Source: Candidatus Saccharimonadota bacterium (lineage in GTDB: Bacteria; Patescibacteriota; Gracilibacteria; BD1-5; UBA6164). From it: DNA of 32,000 nucleotides. Numbering within the stretch: position 1 is the stretch's first letter; each line of letters opens with the position of its first letter. Shown piece by piece: positions 11,581-21,537 of the stretch. The stretch spans positions 480,001 through 512,000 of the forward strand of contig CP042461.1 of NCBI GenBank assembly GCA_004563595.2. The letters are read 5' to 3'. The position numbers and the translations under genes are program-made. Below the pieces are notes generated by a model. That model was given only the letters and a program-made list of their open reading frames with translations. It did not search any database and had not been told where the DNA came from.

Positions 11581-12186
11581 CCAATTACTTAATATTGTCT
11601 TCAATTCAACTTTATGAATATTTGTGGAAGAGCGATCTCTCCATTGGACCAGACTTATAATCTCCATTTTTTCATCATTCGAAGTTGCAGCACCTCAATC
11701 AGTATCTAGGTAGTTAATTTTTATTTCTCTTGTAAACAGTGGAACTAAGTCTGTTCCTCAACTTTGAGTATAAAATCAATTTCAGTCAAGATATATTCTA
11801 TATGCATCTCTATAAGTTGCTACAGAGTAGGACCCATTTATTGCTCAGCTTAAGTACCACCTATCATTATTATTTTGATAGATTATATAATTTCATGATA
11901 TATCGTTTGTTGTACTTGTATCTCAAATACAAGTTGATTCATAATTCAAAGTATTCCAACAATTTTTGTAATCAGAAGAGAATAAAATCCAGTTTGTATC
12001 CCTTATATTTGTCATGGCTTCTATTCACTCTCTTGCTATTTGTATCGCTTGAATTTTATTCACAGTTGAATCAGAGAGCCTAATAGATTCTATGTATATC
12101 TTATACATTCATGTTATTCATGTTACAAGTATGAGCGTGATAACCATTGCTTCAACAATTGAAGTTGCTTTTTTTGAATGTTTCAT
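11566..12186 (-). CDS. Pilin/pseudopilin-like protein (class III signal peptide-like N-terminus)
   Basis: 206 aa. The N-terminus MKHSKKA/TSIVEAMVITLILVTGITGMY resembles a prepilin leader plus a hydrophobic alpha-helix with Glu at +5. It is atypical in having Ala rather than Gly at -1 and Thr rather than Phe at +1. The 621 nt are in frame. Confidence 0.6.
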
Positions 12187-12317
12187 AGAGATTTTTGATT
12201 TAATTTTTAACTATTTTATACTAGTTATTTTTTAGAACTTTTCAAACTATTTTCTCCTTTACAAAATACTAAAACTCTATAAACTCTTCCCCAGAAAATA
12301 TATATTACTAAAAAAAA

Positions 12318-13364
12318 ATGAAATACTCAATACACAATGAAGAAAAAGTAAAAGAAATTTTAAAAGAGAATAAGCTTCCACCTTTTCGTTATGCTCAAAT
12401 TGAAAATGCAATTTACAAAAATTTTATAACAGATTTTGATGAGATTGGAACGATTCCAAAAGTTATGAGAGAAGTTTTAAAGGAAAATTTTTTTTATGAG
12501 TCATTGTCTGTTGATACAATAAAGACATCTGCAAATGGCCAGACAACCAAAATTCTCTTTAAAACAAAAAAAGATGAATTTATAGAAGCTGTTATTATGA
12601 GACACCAAACATGAAGAATTACTTTGTGTGTTTCTTGTCAGGTCGGGTGTCCTATGGCTTGTAGTTTTTGTGCTACATGAAAACTTGGTTTATTAAGAAA
12701 TCTTGATCCAGATGAAATTATTGAACAAGTATATTTTGCTGCAAAGTTACTAAATTCTGAGTGAACTCAATTAAGGAATGTAGTATATATGGGAATGTGA
12801 GAACCATTTATTAATTATGATAGCGTAAAAGAATCTATTCTTTTTATAACAAATCAAAAGAAGTTGAATCTTGCTAATAGAAGAATCACAGTATCAACAT
12901 GTTGAATTGTGCCATGAATAAGAAGATTTACTGAAGATTTCCCACAAACTTCTCTCGCTATTTCACTCCATGCTCCAAATGATGAGATTAGATGAAGTAT
13001 TATGCCAGTTGATCATACCTACCCTCTAGTAGATTTAATGAAATCTTTAGATGATTACGTTGCTGCTACTAATAAAAGAATTTTTTATGAGTACATTATG
13101 ATTAATGGGGTAAATGATCATATTAAGCTTGCTGATGAGTTAGGAAAATTATTAGAATGAAAGCTTGCTCATGTGAACTTTATACCATATAATCCTTGAG
13201 AGGGAACAGGATGAATAGATTATTCTGCAACTCCTCGTTTTGTTATCGAAAAGTTTCAAAGAATCTTAGAAAAATACTGAGTAGTTTCCACTATTAGACA
13301 TACTATGTGAGATGATATTGATGCAGCATGTGGTCAATTAGCAAATAAAAAGGAAGAGGAATAA
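12318..13364 (+). CDS. rlmN: 23S rRNA/tRNA m2A methyltransferase, radical SAM
   Basis: 348 aa: ...[27 protein letters not shown] (CxxxCxxC plus ATG, where that Gly is TGA 12678-12680), ...VVYMGMGEPF..., ...ISLHAPNDEIR..., ...NFIPYNP..., ...AACGQL. By my count 12 of 22 Gly codons are TGA. Confidence 0.92.
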
Positions 13365-13451
13365 AATTGCGTTAGGTTGGAACTTTACATTTTTGGGAAA
13401 GCATATAGACTATTGCACATATATTTTTATATTATTAAGATTTATTATTTC

Positions 13452-15035
13452 ATGAGAAATCTCGTTTTTAGATTATTTTTTATTGTTATATTTTGAGCAT
13501 TATTATTTTCATATATTTTTCCATGGAATTCATACAATATTGAAGTTCCATTTAGTGGAAAGGATTATAAATTATGACTTGATTTACAAGGGTGAATTGA
13601 ACTTGATTATAAAGTTGATTTAGAAGAAGTAAAATTAGAAGAAGGTTATAATAAAACGAAAGAAACAGAAATTATAGAATGACTAAAGTCTATTATTGAT
13701 AAAAGAATTCAAAGTTTAAACATTAATGACTCAGTTCTTACATCAGCAAGTTATGCTGGAGAACAACATATCATTGTTCAAATTCCATTAAAGTGAAATG
13801 ATTCTTTAGAAAATAATGAAAATATTCAAAAAGCAAAAGATGCTATTTGAAAAGTAGTAAAAATTGAGTTTAAAGAAAAAAGGACTGAAATATCTGACGC
13901 TGATATAGCTGAAAGAAAAGTACTTGCAGAAAGTGCTTTGAAAGAAATTAATACAAGTCTATATAATTTTACATTAACGGCTGATAAATTTAAGCTCGCA
14001 TATGAAAATGTAGAAATCTGAGAAACAGAAAATGTTTCAGAAATATTTGAAATAGAAACTCCTGTTTCAAAAGAAATTATTGATACACCAAATGGATATT
14101 TAATTCTATCAGATTTAATTGATAATAGGTATAGTTATATATTTATATCTAAAACTCCTTCAAATTGGCAAGCTGCAAAAGATAGTAAATGAAGAATTTT
14201 AAATGATACATATTTTGTAAACTCTTCAGTTCAATTTAATGAGGCATTTCAACCAATGATAGAGCTTGTATTTAATTCTGAATGAACTGAAATCTTTGGT
14301 GAGCTTACATCAAGACTTACAGGACAACAAATTGCAATATTTGTTTGAGGAGAGTTACTAACAGCTCCAAATGTTAATGAACCAATTTTAACTTGAAAAG
14401 CAGTTATTACATGAAGTTATACAGCTGAAGAAGCAAGGAAACTTTCAACAGATATCAATACATGAGTTGTACCAGCCCCAATTTATCTTACAAGTGAGAA
14501 GACAATTGATTCAAAACTATGAGCAAGTTCATTAGAAAAACTTATTATCGCTTGAGTTTCTGGATTCATCATAATTTTTATATTTTTGATTTTTGTATAT
14601 AGAGTTTGAGGTCTCATGGCTTCTATAAGTTTATTTTTATATATAATTTTAGTTCTTACTATCATAAAAACATTAGGAATAGTATTGACACTTGCTTCAA
14701 TAGCAGGTCTTATTCTCTCTATTGGTATGGCAATTGATGCAAATATACTGATATTTGAAAGAATTAAAGATGAATTAAAAAAATGAAAAGACTTAGAAGA
14801 ATCTACAACTATTTGATTTAAAAAATCATGGACTGCTATTTGGGATTCGAATTTTACATGACTCATTGTAGCTCTTATATTATTTATATTTGGTGTAAAT
14901 ATTATTAAAGGGTTTTGACTTATGCTTGCAATTTGAATTGTAGTATCATTATTTTCAGCAATGTGGATAAGTAGAATTTTACTCATTCTTATTTCTAAAG
15001 TAGTAAAAGATAAGAAAAACTTTATAGGACTATAA
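13452..15035 (+). CDS. secD: Protein translocase subunit SecD
   Basis: 527 aa. There is an N-terminal TM segment (MRNLVFRLFFIVIFGALLFSYIF) and the hallmark LGLDLQGG, with TGA at 13575-13577 and 13593-13595. Also seen are ...QQIAIFVGGELLTAPNV... and C-terminal TM bundle motifs LASIAGLILSIGMAIDANILIFERIKDE. Confidence 0.9.
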
Positions 15036-15053
15036 AATAATAGTTTATCAATC

Positions 15054-15088
15054 AAAAAAACAAGAGTACTTTTACTTTTGTTTTTTTT
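15054..15088 (+). terminator. Intrinsic terminator after secD
   Basis: An A-run, then CAAGAGTA (15061-15068), loop CTTT, then TACTTTTG (15073-15080, one G-U pair), then T8. A TATAAT box at 15103-15108 follows, about 23 nt before the next ATG. Confidence 0.6.
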
Positions 15089-15130
15089 GTTATATACTAT
15101 CTTATAATTTATCTGATTACAGAGAGTATT

Positions 15131-16690
15131 ATGAAGATGACCTTACTAAAAATCCTGTTTGCATTTTCTATATTTACATGACTTATTCTGGGGGTATATT
15201 CATTTTCACTCTTATCTTGACAATGAAATGACGATACAGTAGCTTCGACAAGTGTAGATGATACCTATATACTTGATGACTCAAATCAATGAGTAAAAAA
15301 TCAACTTACCAGTAAATTTTCTTCAGATTATTCAAGTTGAAAAAGACTTGTAATAACGCAACCAGATACATCATGATCATGATTTATTGTTTCAGAACAA
15401 TACGGAGATTTTTATATAAAAAATGAAATTACCTTAACAAAAGATGCTGTAATGTCTCCTTCTTGTTCTACAACAGAATCTGTATCATATAGTTTTTCAG
15501 GAACACTTGAGAGTCCTTCATGGTGAGAAGTCTCTATTACGAGTTCATCGTACTATTGTCCTGCATCAAAAAAATTCTTCCTTCCTCTTTATTCAGATGT
15601 TATTTGATTTATATCAATTTCAGCTACTGGAAGTAAAACTGTAATAACTGGAGTACAAAGTTCAGAGGATATAGCAAAAGATATAGCTGACTCAGCGATA
15701 TTTAATAGCAACAAAGTAAGTGTTTCATGACTTACTTCTAGTAAAGATATATCATGAACTCAATCAGAGTTAAGTTTTGACTATTCTGACTCTGAAAATA
15801 GTCAAAAATTTGTAAATATTGATTATGATATAGCGTCGAAAAAAGCGAATTTTGATTTAGTAATAAATAAAAATATTGCAAGATTAACAAGTTGATTGAC
15901 TCCTATAAACAATAACAGTAGTGCTTTAACGTGATTTTCTCAAGATTTACATTATTATGATTTCTCATGAGTAGCAGCTGCTACATCTCAAAATGAACAA
16001 AATTTTTGAAGAATCCTCACTGTTTGAAATGGATGAGCATGAGACACAAGTTTTAATAAAATGGTAGTAGCTGGTTCAAAGACCCTTATTGTAAAATGAT
16101 GAAACGTATATATCAATGCAGATATATATAATACTTCTGATGTCAGCTTACTTGTGATAATTGTTAAAAAAGATTCAACAAATAAAAATAATTGATGAAA
16201 CATTTATATTGATCCAAAAGTAACCAATATTGATGCAGTATTAATTGCTGATTGAAGTATCTTAAGTTATAATTCATCTGTATGAGTTTTAACAGCTTCA
16301 AATTCATCTCATCTATCTTCACTCACTAAACAGCTTCTTATATATGGCTCTATTTCAACGAAAAATACAATTTGAGATGATAATGCTCCGTATTGATCTG
16401 ATGGGTATATCGCAAATGGAGAATGAGTAGATCAACTTTATAATTTAGAATACCTACGAGCTTTTGAAGTAGAGAAATCTAATGATATAGATGATGCATT
16501 ATTTTGTTACTGATTAAGTGATATTGCTTCAAAATGAGGAGAAGAATATGCTTTTGCATGAAAAAAGAGATGTTATATAACTGACTCTGTAGCTTCTGGA
16601 CTTAGATCTACTGAAAAGGTTTCAGCTCTCGTAATTGAATATAATCCAAGAATAAGCTTGAATCCACCGAAAATATTACAAAAATATTAA
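15131..16690 (+). CDS. Secreted or membrane-anchored hypothetical protein (519 aa), first gene of the A/B array operon
   Basis: The code-25 frame runs from ATG 15131 to TAA 16688-16690. The N-terminal hydrophobic leader is MKMTLLKILFAFSIFTGLILGVYSFSLLSG. The body is Ser/Thr/Asn-rich with scattered Cys. I recognised no family. Confidence 0.75.
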
Positions 16691-16717
16691 TTTTATATTT
16701 TAATTATAGATATAACT

Positions 16718-17725
16718 ATGCTTACAAGTTTCAAAAAATATTTGTTATGATTTATAATAGGACTTTCACTTATATGAAGTGTTTCTTACGCAGCAAATAA
16801 TGGAAGTATATGAGCTTTATTTATAGATATAGCTTGAAACTGGAAACTCATGTGAGACGACGTTCAAGATAGTACAATAGATACATCTGAAATTCAAGAT
16901 AATTCAATTGTGAGTGCAGATATTCAAAATGAATCTATTGAATGAATTGATATTAAAGATGGTACCATTGAAGCTGCAGACCTAGCAGAAATATATATAA
17001 ATTCTACATGAACGTCATTAGATTCAGAAATGTTAGACTGACTTGATAGTACAGATTTTTATACACAAGTCTGAAATATCCAAATAACATCTACATGAAT
17101 TTCAACAAATATTATTGAATTAGATGAGATAATACTATGAGGTGTATCGATTACAGGTGCCTTACTTACCCCTCCTTCTGTATGTACAGATAACGTATGG
17201 TCACCAAGTAGCGCTGAGACTTGTTCAGGAATTTTTTTTACTCAAACAAGTAATTGTTGAGCTACGAAAACTGGAATATGAATAAAAACTTGTCCAGGAC
17301 CATCAAATACTAATTTGGTAATAGGGGTTCCTAAAATTGCTGTAACAGCTGGAGCGAAAATTGATTCTATGATGTATGGAAAGTTTCAAATAAAAGTGGG
17401 ATGTATAGATGTAGATGTTACTTGTACTGTATGATGAACTTGTATGATTTGATGGAATACAATTGGCATGACAGATAATCCATTTTACTTAGATTCTGTT
17501 ACAGTATTTAATGAAACATCCACTATCACACCTTGACAAGCTGCTACAAGTTCTATACATACGAGTTCTGATACAGGAGCTGAATTTACTTGTGTGGTAA
17601 AGTGGGATACAGCTGATAATATGATCAAAGTATATTGAAATGTAGAATCTACTACTTGAACCTATAATACTTATCAAAAGGAATGAGATGTAGCCAATGC
17701 AGTTGCCTGGTATATTTTAGATTAA
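16718..17725 (+). CDS. A1: secreted tail-fibre-like protein (335 aa), paralog family A
   Basis: Signal peptide MLTSFKKYLLGFIIGLSLIGSVSYA/ANNGS. It has four ~10-aa repeats (xDxSIxxxDI), an LDGLDSTDF motif, a Cys motif VCTDNVWSPSSAETCSGIFFTQTSNCG, a variable middle, and a conserved end CVVKWDTADNMIKVYG...AVAWYILD. In frame, TAA at 17723-17725. Confidence 0.8.
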
Positions 17726-17744
17726 TTTATTATAATGAAAAATC

Positions 17745-18233
17745 ATGTTTAAAAAAATATTATGTTCTACGTTTTTGCTATCTACTATTTTTAATTTCAC
17801 TTATGCAGAAGAAATAAAGAGAGACATAGTAGAATTACAAGAGAGATATATATCAGGAGAGATTACTGAAGAAGAAAAAAGTATTTTAAGATCGGTTTGA
17901 CTTATCCAAGATAAAACTCCATCAGAACAATCAGACGGTTATTTAGAAAATATTGATGACACTCAATACTATATTGATAATTCTACATGAAAAAAAAGTA
18001 TAATAATGACTTTTGATGATGTAAGTAAAAAAAATAATGCAGATAAACTTAAGGAATACGAAAAAATGAAAGTACTTATTTGAGAAATGAAAATGGAAAT
18101 TTCAGAAGAACTCCTTAAAAAGCAAAATATAAAAAATGAAACGGTTCATATGAATTATTTATTATGATTTATGTTTATAGTAGCAATTTTAAACTCCCTA
18201 TGAATTACATATCTAATATTACAGAAAAAATAA
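17745..18233 (+). CDS. B1: 162-aa protein with signal peptide and C-terminal TM anchor, paralog family B
   Basis: The N-terminus is MFKKILCSTFLLSTIFNFTYA/EE..., followed by a charged ectodomain. The C-terminus is YLLGFMFIVAILNSLGITYLILQKK. It starts 19 nt after the A1 stop. Confidence 0.75.
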
Positions 18234-18258
18234 TTTTATTTACTAAGCTTATAATTCA

Positions 18259-19233
18259 ATGCTTACAAGTTTCAAAAAATATTTAGTATGATTTGTAATA
18301 GGACTTTCAGTTGTATGAAGTGTTTCATATGCAACGAATAATGGGAGTATATGAGCTTTATTTATCGATATAGCTTGAAATTGGAAGCTCATGTGAGATG
18401 ATATACAAGATAATACTATAGATAGCTCTGAAATAGAGAATAGTTCTATATTAGGCATTGATATTCAAGATGGATCTATAGAATGAGTTGATATTCAAGA
18501 TGGAACTATAGAAGCGGTAGATTTAAAAGACATTTATTTGAATTCTAGCTCAATTGCATTAAATTCAGAAAAATTAGATGGTTTGGATAGTACAGATTTT
18601 TATGAACAAGTATGAAATGTTCAAATAACGTCCACTTGAATCTCAACTAATACTATTGAATTAGATGAAATAATACTTTGAGGTATATCTATTACAGGTG
18701 CTTTAACTACCCCGTCTGCTCCTACGGTTTGTGTGGATTATACGTGGTGACCAAGTACAGCTGAATATTGTTCAGGTGTTTCTTTTGTTCAGATAAGTAA
18801 TTGTGGAAATCCTAAACCTATGTTCTGAATAAAAGATTGTACGGTACCATCAAATCTAACATTTGGAGTTACCAAGAATTTTTTCACGAGCGCACCACTT
18901 GCAAAAGTTGGATGTGTAGATGTTGATATTGCATGTGCCACTCCATGAGTGTGTACTGTTTCATGGAAGTGAATAGGGGTTATATGATCTATATGGCCAA
19001 GTATGAATGTTTCGAGTGATATGTGAACTGCAATTCTGCTACTTTGACAAACAGTTGAAAGCCCCGTTGTGTTGTATTACACGTGAGCAGAAAATTCCTG
19101 TGTTGTAAAATGGGATTCAATAGATAATAATATTAAGGTATATTGAAAAGTACAAAATTACTGAGATTATTGGACCTATCAGAATTGAATTATTGGAACA
19201 CAAAGTGCAGTTGTTTGGTACACTTTAGACTAA
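18259..19233 (+). CDS. A2: secreted tail-fibre-like protein (324 aa), paralog family A
   Basis: MLTSFKKYLVGFVIGLSVVGSVSYA/TNNGS... It has the same repeat stalk, LDGLDSTDF, the Cys motif VCVDYTWGPSTAEYCSGVSFVQISNCG, a divergent middle, and the end CVVKWDSIDNNIKVYG...AVVWYTLD. Confidence 0.8.
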
Positions 19234-19258
19234 TTTTTTATATCATAACTATAGTAAT

Positions 19259-19747
19259 ATGTTAAGAAGATTTTTATGTTTTTTATTTGTATTAGCTAGC
19301 ATCTGAACTTTTGCATATGCAGAAGAATTGAAATATAATACGGTTGAATTAAAAGAAAAATTTGATGCATGAGAAATAAGTGAGGAAGAAATACAAAATA
19401 TTATTTCAGAAAGTTTAAATGCTGGTTGATCACCATCACTAGATCCCGAGGGAAAATTAGAAACTATTGATGGAGTTGAATATTATATTGATATTAAAAC
19501 ATGAGAAAAAAGTATTATTTTAACTTCTGATGAAGCAAATACAAAAAATCACACTACTATCATTAATAAATATGATGGACTAGAAACTCTTATTTGAAAT
19601 ATGAAAATGGAAGTTTTAAAGGAGATAAATATGAAACAAGATAAATGATCTCAGGAAAAACATATACAATATATGCTATGAGTTTTATTTGCTTTGATTA
19701 TTTTAAACTCGGCAGGGATAATATATCTTATCTTTAAAAGAAAGTAA
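19259..19747 (+). CDS. B2: 162-aa protein with signal peptide and C-terminal TM anchor, paralog family B
   Basis: The N-terminus is MLRRFLCFLFVLASIGTFAYA/EE... and the C-terminus is YMLGVLFALIILNSAGIIYLIFKRK. It has the same length as B1 and shares motifs YYID..TG.KSII and LIG.MKME. Confidence 0.75.
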
Positions 19748-19771
19748 TTTTTATTTATTAAATTGAGTTTT

Positions 19772-20719
19772 ATGCTTAACAATCTCAAAAAATATTTGAT
19801 ATGATTTATAATTGGAATATCACTTTGATGACCAGTATTATATGCTGCAAGCACTTGAAGTATAGGAGCTTTGTTTATTAAAGTGTGATTAGATTGGAAG
19901 CTCATGTGAGATGAGATTGAGTATAACACAGTTGATAGTTCAGAAATTGAAGATAATTCTCTATTAAGTATTGATATATTAGATGATACAATTGAGGGAA
20001 TAGATATTAAAGATGGGAGTATTGTATCTTTAGATCTACAAGAAAGTTATCTTACTTCTACATGAATAGCTGTTGATTCTGATAAACTAGATGGTCTAGA
20101 TAGTACAGATTTATATACAGAAGTCTCGAATGTACAATTAACGGCTACATGAATTATTACAAATACCCTTATAGTAGATAATATAGTGTTAGGTTGATCT
20201 TCTTTTACTGGCGTATCTGAAGCTGCTCCTACTTGTACTGATACTACATGGTGGCCAAGTACAGCGGAGTATTGCACGGGTACTGCTTATACTCAAACTA
20301 GTGATTGTGGAAATACTCAAGCCGCTATCTGAACTGCTAGCTGTTCACTCCCTTCTAATATATCAAAAACCACAACAAAAAACCTTTCAACTAAATGATA
20401 TTGGGGAGAATGAAATGGTTGTGTAGATGTTGATATTACATGTGGACCTATATGACAATCTTGTAATATTTCATGGAATAAGATAGGGAATGATTTTACT
20501 TTTAGTAATTTGGGTACAGTTAAAATAGTGAAATGAGATACTGTAGTAAGTTGATCTGTAGCATGAACATTATGAAATCATACATGTACTGTCAAATGGG
20601 ACTCAGTTGATAATCAAATTAAAGTATACTGAAAAGAGCAAAGGACAGGTATATATTGGACTTATCAAAAACAAGGTGCTTGAATAGTAAATGCAGTAGC
20701 TTGGTATATTTTGGATTAA
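19772..20719 (+). CDS. A3: secreted tail-fibre-like protein (315 aa), paralog family A
   Basis: MLNNLKKYLIGFIIGISLGGPVLYA/ASTGS... It has the repeat stalk, LDGLDSTDL, the Cys motif TCTDTTWGPSTAEYCTGTAYTQTSDCG, a divergent middle, and the end CTVKWDSVDNQIKVYG...AVAWYILD. Confidence 0.8.
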
Positions 20720-20756
20720 TTTTTTTGAAATATTTTAATTATATTAACAGTATTGA

Positions 20757-21479
20757 ATGCTTAGCAGTTTTAAAAAATATCTTATAGGATTTATAATTTG
20801 AATTTCATTTGTGTGAAGTATTTCTTATGCTGCAAACACATGAAGTATATGATCTTTATTTAACTACTTATCAGTATGATCTGAGAATGGACTTTCGATT
20901 ATTGGGAGCATTTGGAGGTTAGATGGTACAAAAATTTTAGATGAAACGATTACGAGTTATGAAATTCAAGATGGAACAATTACATGAGATGATTTAAAAG
21001 ATAGCTACGTAAACTCTACATGATGAATCGTGACATGAGATCTTACTATTATCGATAATTTATGAGTCTGAAAAAATTTAGCTGTAAATTGAAATGCTAT
21101 AATAAAATGAAAGTTACTTGTGAATTGAAAAGAAGTTTTAACCGAAGATTATTTTGATTTATATAGTGGGAGTAACACAATTTTTGATTGTATGAATCTT
21201 TGATGAAAATTTTTAGAAGTAGATTGATGACTTAAAATTTGTAAAATACCATGAAATAAGTGTCCTTCTGGTTGGAGTAAATATAAGAATTATTCAACTG
21301 CATGATCATGTGCTCTATGGGCTAGAAAATGAAGGTGTTGATGAGCAGGCTGTTATATATCATGATCAGAATGTAGAAATAATTGAAGAAGTTTTTCAGA
21401 TTCTACAAGAGTATATACATGTGACGTAAGAAAAGTTTGAACTTGTAGAACACCAATAACAGAGGTTTGATGCTACTAG
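20757..21479 (+). CDS. A4: secreted protein (240 aa) with a family-A leader and short stalk but a different, very Cys-rich C-terminal module
   Basis: MLSSFKKYLIGFIIGISFVGSISYA/ANTGS..., one stalk repeat (EIQDGTITGDDL), a beta-helix-like segment GDLTIIDNLGVGKNLAVNGNAIIKGKLLVNGKEVL, then 12 Cys in about 95 aa, including CKIPGNKCPSGWSKY. It ends at TAG 21477-21479. Confidence 0.75.
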
Positions 21480-21501
21480 TTTTTTATACTTTGATAAAGA
21501 T

Positions 21502-21537
21502 ATAAAATAAAGACCACTTATGTGGTCTTTATTTTAT
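21502..21537. terminator. Strong bidirectional terminator shared by the A4 operon and murC
   Basis: A perfect 16-bp stem: ATAAAATAAAGACCAC (21502-21517), loop TTAT, then GTGGTCTTTATTTTAT (21522-21537). The murC stop codon (21518-21520, - strand) lies in the loop. Confidence 0.8.

Larger units (their letters stand above)
16718..20719 (+). repeat. Tandem paralogous gene cassettes (A1-B1 / A2-B2 / A3), unit length about 1.5 kb
   Basis: A-gene starts are at 16718, 18259 and 19772 (spacing 1541 and 1513 bp). The 5' ends are very similar at DNA level: my by-eye alignment of A1 vs A2 gives about 19 mismatches in the first ~165 nt. The middle and 3' parts are far more divergent. Confidence 0.85.

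Noticed and set aside
13452-15035. Missing secF next to secD as a possible anomaly.
   Set aside because: secF can be encoded elsewhere, and one window cannot establish absence. The SecD sequence itself looks complete.
16718-20719. Periodic repeats as a CRISPR array or satellite.
   Set aside because: The repeat unit is about 1.5 kb and consists of complete coding paralogs. No short direct repeats with spacers were seen anywhere in the window.
16718-21479. Diversity-generating retroelement or invertase-driven phase variation acting on the variable A genes.
   Set aside because: There is no reverse transcriptase and no template/variable repeat pair with adenine-specific differences. I saw no inverted repeats flanking a promoter. 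The nearby Xer-type recombinase sits in a housekeeping string 2 kb away on the other strand.
15131-21479. A prophage or phage-tail remnant, because of the tail-fibre-like motifs.
   Set aside because: No capsid, portal, terminase, baseplate, tape-measure or integrase genes flank the array. All genes carry Sec-type leaders and native TGA usage.
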